A DNA stretch of 53,077 nt from Chromera velia (Eukaryota). The notes beneath the pieces are model-generated. The model worked only from the letters and a program-made list of their open reading frames with translations. It was not told the origin of the DNA and did no database searches. Positions 10,200 to 22,392 of the stretch are shown one piece after another (the first letter of the stretch is position 1; every line of letters starts with the position of its first letter). The position numbers were made by a program, and so were the translations under genes. The stretch covers positions 1 to 53,077 of the forward strand of contig JAHBMJ010000239.1 in assembly GCA_018398765.1 (NCBI GenBank), in the 5' to 3' direction.

Positions 10200-12681
10200 T
10201 GCTTTGTCCCTCCTGTCCAGCCGCCTTGTAGTGTCCAGACAGAAGGTAAAGCGAGGACAAGAACTTAGAGAAGGTTAAGAGAAGGAACGTAAGCAACACT
10301 AACTCAGGCAACACTTTACAGAAGGTTTAGCTCTAGAGCGATCTGAGATTCCAATCAGCTACGTTCATTCTATCATGCACGGTTTCTACTTATGCTTCTC
10401 TCTGTTTCAGACTCTCAGACTCCCGATCTATGCCAAACAGACATCAGACTCAAATGATGCTATCCGTTGCTCGAGTGACATGTTACATGTTTGAATACGA
10501 AGGTCAGACTCGATTTCAATGACTTTGATCGACGTGTGCGACACGTACGAAGCAAAGCGCGGCGGCGGAATGTGGCGCGGCACGCTGGCTCACTTAGTCA
10601 CGGCGTATACGAAGGCTTAAAGGGCGGCGCCACAGGGTAGGACTCCACAGATCCCCCCCGGCCACGGACAAGAAAATCGCGTCCTCGCAATCAACAAATA
10701 AAAAGACCGAGCATGCGCTTCAATACCCAAAATAAATCTCATCCAAGTCACCGTAGATGCTGTTAGAACTCTGAAAACTCTATTTCGATGGCATCTATGT
10801 CAAAATATTCAAGAGCCGGGGCGCCATGTGAATTAGAACGATCTCAAAGCGCCACGATGTGTGAGGTGTGCTCGCAAGTCCAAGATCATCCAGACGTAGG
10901 TATGCGATGCAGATACTAGTGGCACCAATAAGAGCACTCGTCCACCATGTGTATATGTCGTCGACCGAAAGACTCGATCGGAGTTATAGGTTCCCAGCAC
11001 CAGCTAGTTCAGGAGTATGGCGGCCAACGTGTACGTCCAACTTGGCGTTATTGAATTGTTAACAGCTGCAAAGGGATAAAGAGAAAAGAAAAGGGTGCAG
11101 CTACATACTGCTCCACTCATGGCTTTCTGAAAGCTTGTTTGTGTGTCGGCCATCCTCGTTCTCACTAAGCTACCATGCCAAACCAAATGACTTCAGAACA
11201 CTCTGTCATAACCTCACTCCTCAAGGTGCATTGCTCTGATTGTTCGATCGTTTGCTTCATGAGCAGCCATCACCAGCTTTAAGTCCTTTCACCTTCTTAC
11301 TGTCAGTCAAGAGGAACGGTATAACCGGGGTTTACCAACCTATCACAGGGGAATCCGGCCACACGGCAGCAGTCACATACTTAAATTTTCGTACTTCAGG
11401 CCTGCCGTTCCCTCAGAGGCATCAAATATATCCAATGCCTCCTGGCTCAACATCAAGATCGAAAGTACAAGTCTTCTCGGCTTCCAACAGTATGTCATTT
11501 TGCAGTGAAAAGAACTCTTTCAGCTCTGCTCTTTTGGAGGGAAGTCCCGACGACTTCATGTGTATGTGTACACAATGGATGGAGTGGTTGTAAGGCCGTG
11601 GCACACTCAGCCTCCTGCTAAGCACCCATACCTTTCGCATCATTTCAACACAAAAGGATTATCGCACAAAGGTGCCAACCACCGTGAATAAGCACATACA
11701 CCACCTGACAGAGTCAGACCAAATGTGGACAGTCAGTCATGTGCAGATACGCACGCAGCAAACAGCAGAGTCAATGCCAGACATGCACACGCCAGTAACC
11801 GTTCCGATCGATCAGGTACAGAACTAGTTATACACTCACAGAACAGCAATTAAGCAAAAGAAGCAATTTACTGGCCGTTTCATTTGCGATATACTCGTAG
11901 ACGGCAATCTCTGTGAGACGGAGTTATTCGAAAGTCCAAGCAACACCAACCAACATCTCCACGATCGGTTTCATGCATGCAGAGATCTCCGATCCACTTC
12001 TCCAATCAGGAACGCTACACCGAGTTTCCAGTGTACCACGATGATCTCAAAAAGAGGGCTCCGGGCAGCTTGGGACACAAGGGGACGCTGAATTCCCTCA
12101 CTCACGGTCTTTGCTTGACCGTGCCCATATCGTTGCAATCGGCTTTCAACTGTTGTGTAAAAGGAAGATCTGATCTCCATCACTGAAGGTACACGAGAGT
12201 CGACACTTATCGAGCTTGGCGTTCACTACAATGCTTTATCCCTCCTATCCAGCCGCCTTGTGGCGTCCAGACAGAAGGTAAAGTGAGGACAAGAACCTAG
12301 AGAAGGTTAAGAGAAGGAACGTGAGCAACACTAACTCAGACAACACTTTATAGAAGGTTTAGCTCTAGAGCGATCTGGGATTCCAATCAGCTAGGTTCAT
12401 TCTATCATACACGGTTTCTACTTATACTTCTCTCTGTTTTAGACTCTCAGACTCCCGATCTATGCCAAACAGACATCAGACTCAAACAATGCTATCCGTT
12501 GCTCAAGTGACATGTTGCATGCTTGAATACGAAGGTCAAACTCGATTTCAATGACTTTGATCGACGTACGCGACACGTACGAAGCAAAGCGCGGCGGCGG
12601 AATGTGGCGCGGCACGTTGGCTCACTTAGTCACGGCGTATACGAAGGCTTAAAGGGCGGCGCCACAGGGTAGGAGTCCACA
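10200..12681 (-). mobile_element. Non-autonomous or degenerate LTR retrotransposon; 450-bp LTRs at 10200-10649 and 12232-12681
   Basis: Two ungapped 450-bp direct repeats with TG...CA ends and 24 mismatches by hand count. Flanks GTAC/GTAT fit a 4-bp TSD with one transition. A purine tract (GGGGGGGATC on the minus strand) abuts 10649 and sets the orientation. The 1.58-kb interior has no recognisable pol. Confidence 0.88.
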
Positions 12682-12744
12682 GTATGCTTCTAGGGCACAA
12701 ACCTATGTCGGCGCCTAGGCCCAGCGGTGAGCATGCATGCTGAA

Positions 12745-13507
12745 ATTCATCCAACTAGTTGGGTGAGTGCCTCGGAGGGCTATATAGGGGGTCGACCATA
12801 ACTTGATTGATGTAAAGCATCAGGGATCGACTTGGGCATGTCTTGCCTGTGCAAAGTGGTGGGGGCCACGGCAACATGCGCAAAATATGCTTTTCTAGAT
12901 CACGTACATACAACTCCGTGCGAGTTACTTGAGGGGCACGTATTATGAGGAGCGAAGTAATTATAATGTGGTCGCTGCTCCATGCAACTTGCTTGAGGGG
13001 CACATTTTAGAATTTGGGTGACACCATGATGGATGGACAGAGACATGTAGAACCGAATCCCCCCCCCAAAAAATGAAAAAATACGTTATGCGGATCTATG
13101 CGATCTCAGAGCCTCTCGGCTGATCTCAGCAGAGCTGAGCTGCCCCCCAAGGCGATTTTGGGGAGGGGGAGATCGGTTCTGTCTCTGTCAAGGTTGGTCG
13201 GTATCGTCCGAGTTCCAAAATATGCCCCTCAAGTAACTTGCACGGAGCTGTGATCGCGCGTGCCTTACTTACTTTACACATATACGTGCCCCTCAAGTGT
13301 AACTCGCACGGAGTTGTACATGCATATATGATGTGCGCAGTCCCGAAAAGCATATACTTCGCGCGTGTTGCCGACGAACTTGCCGTCGCCCCCGCCCTAT
13401 AGCAGCACACAAGACATGCCTAAGCCCCCGATGGTGTGTACCAATCAAATATGAGCGGACCCCCTAAATGGCCTATCGAGGCACTCACCCAACTGGTTGG
13501 GTGTATC
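12745..13507. mobile_element. Old foldback/MITE-like element with ~280-300-bp imperfect inverted arms and palindromic termini
   Basis: CCAACTAGTTGGGTGAGTGCCTCG at 12751 pairs with CGAGGCACTCACCCAACTGGTTGG ending at 13500. Internal pairs such as CAACTCCGTGCGAGTTAC / GTAACTCGCACGGAGTTG also match. Related termini occur near 13622 and 14442. Confidence 0.7.
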
Positions 13508-13661
13508 CCGTATAATAAAAGTTTTAAGTCTTTAGACGGAAGTGTGCATGTGTGTAAGCGTGTGCATGTGTCTTCTATATATAATGCATGAAAAAACCCT
13601 CAATCATCAATCATACGTGATAGGGTGAGTGCCTTGGGGGGTATCATGCAGTGGTTTAAGT

Positions 13662-13779
13662 GCAGTGTTCCTAGATTCAGAACAGACGGGACAAACCGGA
13701 ACCTTTTGACAGACTAGGCTAGATCCGCCCCTCATACACGGGGATGCGGCATGCATAACAAAAACCTCAATCATTCATC
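13662..13779 (+). mobile_element. 5'-truncated non-LTR retrotransposon 3' end (118 bp) with 8-bp TSD
   Basis: Flanked by GTTTAAGT at 13654-13661 and 13780-13787. It ends AAAAACCTCAATCATTCATC and is homologous to about 44055-44171 (AACCGGAAC...ACTAGGCTAGATCCG.CCCTCATA). Confidence 0.7.
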
Positions 13780-14059
13780 GTTTAAGTTAACCGCGCGTGT
13801 CTTGACCGTGCATGTTTATGCAAGTGCGTGCTCTCTCAGGGCCCCTGGGCCCCAGGCCGGGCTGAGCTGCCCTCCGGGGCAAAATATATGAATGAATGAA
13901 TGAAGTTGGCTTTACTAGAGTGGAGCCGTACTCCCAGCAGCCCATGATATATATTAACTCACCTTGATTCCACGAATTAACCAAGCGGCGACATCGATCT
14001 CCCCCCTAAAAATTAATAGAGTGATCGTGCGATATCAGGGCCTCTCAGCTGATCTCAGC

Positions 14060-14408
14060 TGTGGGACTTACGTACGCCCTGTCGGCCCACCGGTAAGCAG
14101 CCCTGTGTCTGTTATGTATCCGCGCGGGCCTGCCGGCACCGTATATATTGAGACCGCGCGTACGTCAATACAATTGATGTGCGTGACTGATATACAATGG
14201 TTCCGTGTCTGTGTCTGATCGTTCGATCGATTGATAACGTCATTGCTATAGCAGTGCAGACGTCAGCAGCAAGATAACTAACAGAGTTTAGCTGCATGTG
14301 TGTACTCTTAGAGGTCCCTGTGTCCGAAGAATACCTATTCTTCTTATGGCTCTAGAAAGCCACCACTGATAGATATTTAGCAGTCTCTGATTAGATATCA
14401 GTCCTACA
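14060..14408. mobile_element. Solo LTR (349 bp) with 5-bp TSD
   Basis: TGTGGGAC...GTCCTACA termini flanked by TCAGC on both sides (14055-14059 and 14409-14413). Removing it restores the dispersed repeat seen intact at 13099-13155. Confidence 0.85.
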
Positions 14409-14554
14409 TCAGCAAAGCTGAGCTGCCCCCCGAGGCGACGTGATACACCCAACAAGTTGGGTGCGTGTCTTAGGGGGTATCAGTGGTTTGAATTATAATT
14501 TTAACGAGTTTCGACCGCATATATGTTTTATGTAAGTGCGCGCTGTATGATTTG

Positions 14555-14667
14555 AAGTAGATTTGATCGGATTTGATAGGCCTTATTATACTAAAGTTTC
14601 TCAGGCCTAATATTTGATTTGAGGTTAAGCCCTACTTCAAATCAAATCAAATCTAATCTGGTCACTA
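14555..14667 (-). mobile_element. Degenerate terminus of the hAT family found at 33.1-37.2 kb and 51.0-52.3 kb
   Basis: ATATTTGATTTGAGGTTAAGCCCTACTTCAAATCAAATCAAATCTAATCTGGTCACTA resembles the hAT ends at 37162-37222 and 52183-52250. Confidence 0.7.
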
Positions 14668-15058
14668 GGTGCACCACGAATATAGCCATGGATTCAATAT
14701 AATAAGCCATATAATATGGCCTATATTTAAGTTGGCCAATAACATTACGAAACATTCTGTTACACATATTGTAATCCATCACACCTTACCGTTCCTATAC
14801 CTAACATTCAAGTACATTCAAGTTTAATAAATTACTTAATAAATTACAAATCATATCATTATTAAACTGGTAGATGCAAACTATAAAAGAAAAGTATAAT
14901 TCGTCATTAACTTCAACTTGAAAGTTGAAACTGTTGAATTATAGGCATTTTGCTACTGAGACCAGACTCTTAGAGACTACATTGCCAGTAACATTGGAGA
15001 CTTGAAGTCAGATTGAATGAAGTACGTGCATGATGTCAAAGTGAGGAAAAGCTATTAA

Positions 15059-16661
15059 CTAAGTAAATACAACCTTTCCCACTACGTCATACTTTGAGTC
15101 GAATTTGTCGACCCAGGATTGCAGCATTTCGTTCTCGAACACGTTCAGATCGCTCCAGTCTCCTTTGTTCATCTCCTGTTGGTCGAAATTGAACTTTGCG
15201 AAAGCCCGCGTTGCGTCCTTCCCTGCGTCCGCGCATACACACACACAGACACACACATGAATAATTTTCGTGTAGAGGACAGTCCTGCAACGGGACACTG
15301 CTGTAACCGCATGCTTGCAAAAGTAAAATAATTAAGTGGGGGGAAGGCACAATAGACTGAAGCATGGGTGGGACACCAAGCCAGTCGGAAAAAAGGAAGG
15401 ATGGCGGAAGGAAGGCAGGAATGAATTAAGAGCAGGAATGAATTAAGAGGAAGAAGGAAGGAAGGAAGGAAGGAAGGAAGGAACGAAGGAAAAGAGATGA
15501 AGTGGCAGAGGGGGAGAGAGAAAAGACGAAGAGGCAAAGGGAGAGAGAGAAAAAGAGAAAGAAGCGGGAGAAAGTGAGAGAAAGAGAGAGGCAGCAAGAG
15601 GACGTCTCCAAACGGATTTCTCGGAGAAGGACTTTTCCGTCTGCTCTTTCTGCTTTTCTCTTCTTGTCGCCGTGAAAGCACGGAAAACTGAAGGGGAATT
15701 GTTGGGCAAACTTACAGGTTCACATTCACCTAGAGTAACACAGGCACGTGAAGAATGCGACAGGAAGCAAACCGTGGAGATGGTCCTTCAAAGAAGTGAG
15801 AGAATCAGATAAATCCGGACGGACGTGGCGTCCACCAAGGAACAAAGCAATCAAGTAAGAAAGGCTTCTCCCTTCTCACCAGCCAGCGAAGACGTCAGGA
15901 AGCACAGCTGAGCAGAAAAAGGAAATGGCAGCTCCCTCACCCGCAAAGACGTTATACGAGCCGCCGGGACCGTACATCGTTCTTCCGTCAGGATGGCTCG
16001 TCATGTCATACACAACGCCCTTGCACCCTGCATACACCAAGCAGCCAGGCAATCATACAGAGTCGCGAGTCCAGAATCTGGTGTGTATCTGAGGCAGTAG
16101 TCTATAGGGGTAGATGGATGGAGGGGGCAAGGGGAAGGTGCAAGGCTTTGGGGGGGAGAAAGAAACTGCAGATAAAATCTCACGCTGTTGGAGAGAGACA
16201 TGCACGAGAATCGATGCAGCGTAAAGGAATGCAAGCAGGCTTTTAGGTGGTAGTGAGAAGGAAGCACGATTGATACAAGGATTGTGCACGTGTATGTTGT
16301 GCGAGAGACGTGTGGCAAATGAGGAGAGAGCGACAGAGAGGGAGAGAGAGAGCTTGATTGATTGAATTCGGAGGCATTCAGACTGGTTCTTCTAAATCCT
16401 CTGCAGAAAGAAAAGGGGTGAATCGAAGAAAGAAGAGAAGCAGAAGAAAATGAAGGTGACTAAGAGAAAGACGAAAAGGAAAAAAGGGAGACCACACCAA
16501 AAACAGTAGAAGAAAAAGTAAAGGAGGCACGTCTACCCCGCGTGCGGTCAATCACGGGGTCGCCCCTCACTGCCTGGCGATCACAAACTGAGGACTTCTC
16601 CTTCCCATTTCATGTCATCAAGCTTTACAAAAAAAAAGAAGGAAAGAAAGAAAGGAGGGGG

Positions 16662-16698
<37 letters not shown>

Positions 16699-16919
16699 GA
16701 AGGAAGGAAGGAAAGAAAGAAGGAAGGCAGGAAGCAAGGAAGGAAGGAAGCAAGGAAGGAAGGAAGAAAGAAAGGAAGGAAGGAAGGAAGGAAGGAAGGA
16801 AGGGAAAGAAAGAAAGAAAGAAAGAAAGAAACACAGACAGAAGGAAGGAAGGAAGGAAGGAAAGGAAGGAACGAAGGAAGGAAGGAAAGGAAGGAAGGAA
16901 AGGAAGGAAGGAAAGGAGA

Positions 16920-16965
<46 letters not shown>

Positions 16966-16967
16966 GA

Positions 16968-17009
<42 letters not shown>

Positions 17010-17022
17010 AAGAAGGAGAGAG

Positions 17023-17060
<38 letters not shown>

Positions 17061-17084
17061 GGAAGAAACGAAGAAAGGAAGGAA

Positions 17085-17130
<46 letters not shown>

Positions 17131-17313
17131 AAAAAAGAAAAAAAGAAAGGAAAAGAAAAGAAAAAAAAAGAAGAAAACAAAAAAGAAAAGAAAAAAAGAA
17201 AGAAAGAAAGAAAGAAAGAAGGAAGGAAGGAAGGAAGAAAGGAAGGAAAGGAAGAAAGGAAGGAAAGGAAGAAAGGAAGGAAAGGAAGAAAGGAAGGAAA
17301 GGAGAGAGAGAGA

Positions 17314-17386
<73 letters not shown>

Positions 17387-18508
17387 GAAGGAAGGAAGAA
17401 CGAACGAACGAACGAACGAACGAACGAACGAACGAAAGAAAGAAAAGAAAAGAAAAGAAAAGAAAAGAAAGAAAGAAAGAAAGAAACGTGCGAAGGAAGT
17501 ACGCGAAAGAACGAAAGAACGAGAACAAGAACGAACGAAAAATCGAACCCACGGACAGACGAAAGGATTAAAGAAATCGGCAGAGAGAGACAAAAAAAGA
17601 CGAAAGAAAGAAAAAAAAAACCGCAAGGAAGGCAGACAGTCAGACTGCACGTTTCTCCCTCCACCAACCCCCTTTCGTTTTGAGACAGACAACATGACTT
17701 CTTTCTTTTTCCTTTGAAACAAACAGACAGACACAGACAGTCAGGGTTACAGACACGGATACAGACACAGACACACAGCCAGACAAAGACAGAGAGACAG
17801 AGAGGCAGGCACAGGCACAGCAACAAAAACAGACACACAGACACGCACACACGCAGACAGACGCAGAGATAGAGACAGACAGAGAGACAGGCGCAGAGAC
17901 AGACACGGACACAGAGACAGACACAGACCGACCCAGACACAGAGACAGACACACAGACACAGATGGGCAATTTAAGCAGACAGGCAGGCAGGCAGGCAGG
18001 CAGGTAAACACGTCGATACAGACAGAGAAGGAGTACAGCTGACCGATGTAGACGGGTTTCCCATCGCTTCCATCAAACTCAGCAAGTTCCGCTGCAGGCA
18101 CGCAGGTGCACGAGTGGAAGGAAGCTTTCAGAGGGCTCTAAAGCGACATGGGGTGGCGAGTTCGTAAAGTTGTAGTGGTCAGGTTGCTTTGTGGTGAGGC
18201 TAAAATGATGCATCTTTTCGATACATGAAAGACCTCACGAAGGTTGAGGTGAAATGGAATGGGCAACAGGCGACCATCGAAGTTGTCCGGAGAAGCGAAG
18301 GACAAGACAGTCAGGTTCACTCACCGGGCGTGAAGTCTTTCGGGCAGGGATTGGGCTTTGGGGGTTTCACAAACGGAACTCTTTCTTCCATCTCCCTCTC
18401 TTCTGCTTCTTGAATCTGATTCTTCCACCAAAGATAAGCCAACCCGGCAGCCCCTGCAGCTGCTCCCAACAGAACAACCCCCCTCCAAGACTGCGAAGAA
18501 GAACTCAT
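15059..18508 (-). CDS. Membrane-associated progesterone receptor (MAPR)-type cytochrome b5-like heme/steroid-binding protein
   Basis: Exons 18508-18325, 18091-18044, 16027-15941 and 15222-15059 join in frame. An N-terminal hydrophobic helix is followed by [30 protein letters not shown]...[21 protein letters not shown]...[16 protein letters not shown] and a TAG stop. Confidence 0.93.
16629..17570 (+). repeat. ~0.95-kb compound microsatellite (GAAA/GGAA/GA/GT/GAAC) in MAPR intron 2
   Basis: Direct observation; pyrimidine-rich on the sense strand of the gene. Confidence 0.97.
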
Positions 18509-19184
18509 GCTCAGCTCTGCTCTTCTTTCTGAGAGGATGCTAAAAGGGTCACGAAGCCGTCAAAACTGGATTTCCTTACAGACAGCCGCACCCGAGAGAG
18601 AAAAAAACTACAAGGCGTAGATCCGACTAGTGAGCAACAGACTGTCAGACTTAATGGTCACTAAGTCACTTAGGCGTTCGTGCACCTTTGGAGTCTGACA
18701 ACTGACACGTTTTTGACCAATTCGGGATTCAACACAAAAAAAGGATGGGAGAAAGTGACAGTGCACAATTCGCACGTACGTGCCACTGATCGAACAAAGG
18801 TTAATTGGACGTCTCGGCTTCATCCGATTAATCGTCTAAGAGCGCCTGTGCTTAATTGCATGGGAAAGAAACGCGCGCGTGCGTCAATGAGTGCGTCTCT
18901 CTGACGCACGCGTGACGTTGCCGCTCCCGTCTCCTTCAAATCGCCTTCGAAGACCGAACCTGCCAACGAAGTGGTCGACAAGTCGAAAAGAGCCGAAATT
19001 CACCGCTTGCAGAACAGGCACCCTGCTCCACCGACGATCTGTCAGCCACCCAAATCCAGAATCTGGACTCTGCCGCTCTTTGCTTGCGCCCAGTGAGTCA
19101 GTAAGTCAGTAAGTTGTTTGCTGAAAAACTAGCTGTCTCACCATTATCCACTGTGTTCTTGTTCCTGTCCTCTGAAGAATCAAA
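18509..19184. promoter_or_regulatory. Putative bidirectional promoter between the MAPR gene and folD
   Basis: A 676-bp interval separates the divergent ATGs, with a CG-rich core (ACGCGCGCGT, GACGCACGCGTGACG) near 18870-18918. Function is inferred from the gene arrangement only. Confidence 0.55.
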
Positions 19185-21519
19185 ATGGCAGACCCCAAGA
19201 TTATTGACGGGAAGGCGATCGCCCAGACCATCCGTACAGAAATTAAGGAGCAGGTCGACAAAATTATCGGTGAGCACGGTGCTGAACAGAAGCCGAAGCT
19301 TGCAGTGGTTCTGGTGGGAGACAGAAAGGACAGTGCCACGTATGTGGGCATGAAGGAAAAGGCCTGCGCAGAGTGCGGCATCGAGTCTGTGCTCATCAGA
19401 ATGCCTGCTGAAGTCACGCAGGAGGACGTCCAGGCAAAAGTGAAGGAGCTCAACGCAGACGATTCTGTTGACGGCATCCTTGTGCAGGTGAGAGGGAGGG
19501 TCGCTTTTCTCGTGTGGGCTTTTGGTCTGGTGTGTCTGAATGCAAGGTAACCTGAAGAGCCTACAGAAGAGAGGCGGTGGTGGGGGAGAAAAATCATGTG
19601 AGGGACTGGGGGGTCTGAGTTTCCATTCTGATGCGTGTACGTGTTGCCGTTCTTCGTTCAACTCTTTCACGGCTGTTCTTGCCATTCGCCCCCTTGCTCT
19701 CCTTTCGCTGTACCCCTTTCTTCGATATCCTCTCCCCTCTCGCTGTGCAGCTCCCTCTCCCCTCTCACATGAAGGAGAAGGAAGTTGTCCAGTTCATCGG
19801 TCAGTCAGTCAGTCAGTCAGTCTTGGCACACATGAGACGAACGTGCAGGCAATAAGGCTTTTATTCTTCTCACTTCAGAGAGGCAAAAGAGGTCGGACAT
19901 TCAGCAATCGCCCCAGAAAGAGAAGGGAGGGTCGATGTCGAGACGATTCCTTCTCTTCCCTCTTGCTCTCATTTGCTTATGACCGGCAATTTTTCTTTCA
20001 CTGTCTCCTCACTTCTTTCGTGCGTTCCTTTTTGTCTTCCGACTATATGCATCTATCCGTCCTCACTGCAGATGCCGGCAAGGACGTGGATGGATTGCAC
20101 CCTCTCAACATGGGACACCTTGGTCAGTCGGTCGGTTAGTCATCGATCTCATGGTTGGACAGTTAGACTGGCCTGGCGTGCATGCATGCCGCTTCCTTCT
20201 TGTGTGCATGCTGCCACTTTCTTCCTCTTTTGTTACCGCCTCGATCGTTGTCTACTTATCCTCGTTGCTTCTTCTGATTTTGTTTTTCCAATTGTCTCCT
20301 CAGCCGTTGCAAGAGATCAGTTTTCCTGCGCAAGTTCCACAACTTGTCTGCCTCCCGTATGAAGTATATGTCCTCCGTGGCGGCTCCTTTCCTTCCCCCC
20401 TTCTTATTTCGTTGTATCCTCTCCGTCTGCTTCTTATCCGATCTGTCCCTGCATGCATGAATGCAGCGCTCCGTGACCACAACCCACTGTTCAAGCCCTG
20501 CACAGCCCAGGGCTGTGTGGAGCTTCTGAAACGGTCTGGGGTAGACCTGAACGGGAAGGACGTGACTGTAGTTGGAAGGTCCAACATTGTGGGCATGCCG
20601 GTCTCTCTTCTGCTCCAAAAGGAAAACGCAACCGTGACCATGTGCCACAGCCGCACAAAGGACCTTCCTGGAAAGTGTCGGCAGGCCGATATTGTTGTGG
20701 CCGCCATCGGAAAGACCCAATTTGTCAAGGGGGTCAGTGGATAGATTGAATGTTTGTCTTTTTTCTGAAACGGCGGCGTTTCTCTGTCTTCTTTTTTCTT
20801 TGCTTTCTCTCTTTTTCTTTGTGTGCCCCTCAATCTCCCAGATTGGCTCTGCCCCTGCTTTCACCCCTCCGTGTCATGCGGCCAAATCTTGAGCCAACTT
20901 AATTCGATCAAGTAAAGAAAGAGTCTCCAGACCGACCCGTTCGTCCGTTCTTTCCCCCGGCATGACTGTCTGCATCGATGTGTTGGTGCGTCACAAGACT
21001 GCCGTTTTGTGACTGGTCGAGTGAGTGAGTGAGTGAGTGGGTGAGCGGGTGCATTGTGAATTCCCCAGGTCGGACTCGTCTTCTAGACTTGACAAAGGCC
21101 GCAGCAGTGATGTTCCCTCCCTCCCTCCCTCTCCTTCTCTCTTTGGTTTCATTCCATTCGATTTGATCACTCGACGCCCATGCACGCACATACCCACCCA
21201 TCCACCCACGTGCAGAACTGGATGGAGGAGGGTGCGATCATGATTGATGTGGGGATCAACTCCATCGAGGACAAGTCGAAGAAAAGCGGGTACAGACTCG
21301 TGGGGGATTGCGACTATGACACCTGCAAGGAGAAGTGCTCCCTCATCACACCAGTACCAGGTGAGTCAGTCTCACAGGACAGAAATGAATGAACGAAAGT
21401 GGGTGTTGGTGATTCTATAGCAGCTTCTTTTTCCCAGAATGCCCGCTCTCTCTTACGTTTTCTCTACTCCGGATGTGCTTGTGTCTGGTTCATTTCTTCA
21501 GTTTCTTTATTTTTTCTTT

Positions 21520-21551
<32 letters not shown>

Positions 21552-21973
21552 TCGTTCTTTCTTTCCTTCCTTTTCTCCTTTCCTTTCTTTCTTTCTTTCT
21601 TTCTTTTCTTTCTTTCTTTCCTTCCTTCCTTCCTTCCTTCCTGCGTGATCGAGACGTGTTGTGGCTTCCTTCCTTCCTTCTTTCTTTCTTTCGTTTGTTT
21701 CTTTTCTTTCTCTTTTCTTTTTTGTTTTTTCTTTCTTTTTTTTCTTTCTTTCTTTCCTTCCTTTCTTTCTTTTCTTTCTTTCTTTCTTTTCTTTCTTTCT
21801 TTCTTTCTTTCTTTCCTTCCTTCCTTTCTTTCTTTCTTTCTTTTTTTCTTTCTTTCTTTCTTTCTTTCGTTCTTCGTTCGTTCGTTCGTTCGTTCTTTCT
21901 TTCGCTTGTTTCTTTTCTTTCCTTTCTTTTCTTTCTTTCTTTCTTTCTTTCTCTCTTTCGTTCTTTCTTTTTT

Positions 21974-22004
<31 letters not shown>

Positions 22005-22349
22005 GTCTTTCTTTCCTTCCTTCCTTCCTTCCTTTCGTCCTTCCTTCCTTCCTTCCTTCCTTCCTTCTTTCGTTCGTTCTTTCGTTCGTTTCTTTTCTTT
22101 CTTTTCTTTCTTTCTTTCTTTCTTTCGTTCTTTCGTTCGTTCGTTCTTTCTTTCGTTTGTTTCTTTTCTTTCCTTTCTTTTCTTTCTTTCTTTCTTTCTT
22201 TCTTTCCTTTCTTTCTTTCTTTCTTTCTTTCCTTCCTTCCTTCCTTCCTTCGTTCGTTCGTTCTTTCGTTCGTTTCTTTTCTTTCCTTTCCTTTCTTTTG
22301 TTTCTTTCTTTCTTTCTTTCTTTCTTGCTTTCTTGCTTTCTTTCTTTCT

Positions 22350-22392
<43 letters not shown>

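Noticed and set aside
9466..13155. Inverted pair of the 80-bp repeat as TIRs of one 3.7-kb transposon
   Set aside because: There is no TSD, a third copy exists, and the 13073-13155 copy lies inside the spacer of a separate foldback element, so the nesting is inconsistent.
16542..18040. Long ORFs (up to 450 aa) of K/E/R or F/L/S
   Set aside because: Translations of an intronic microsatellite inside the MAPR gene.
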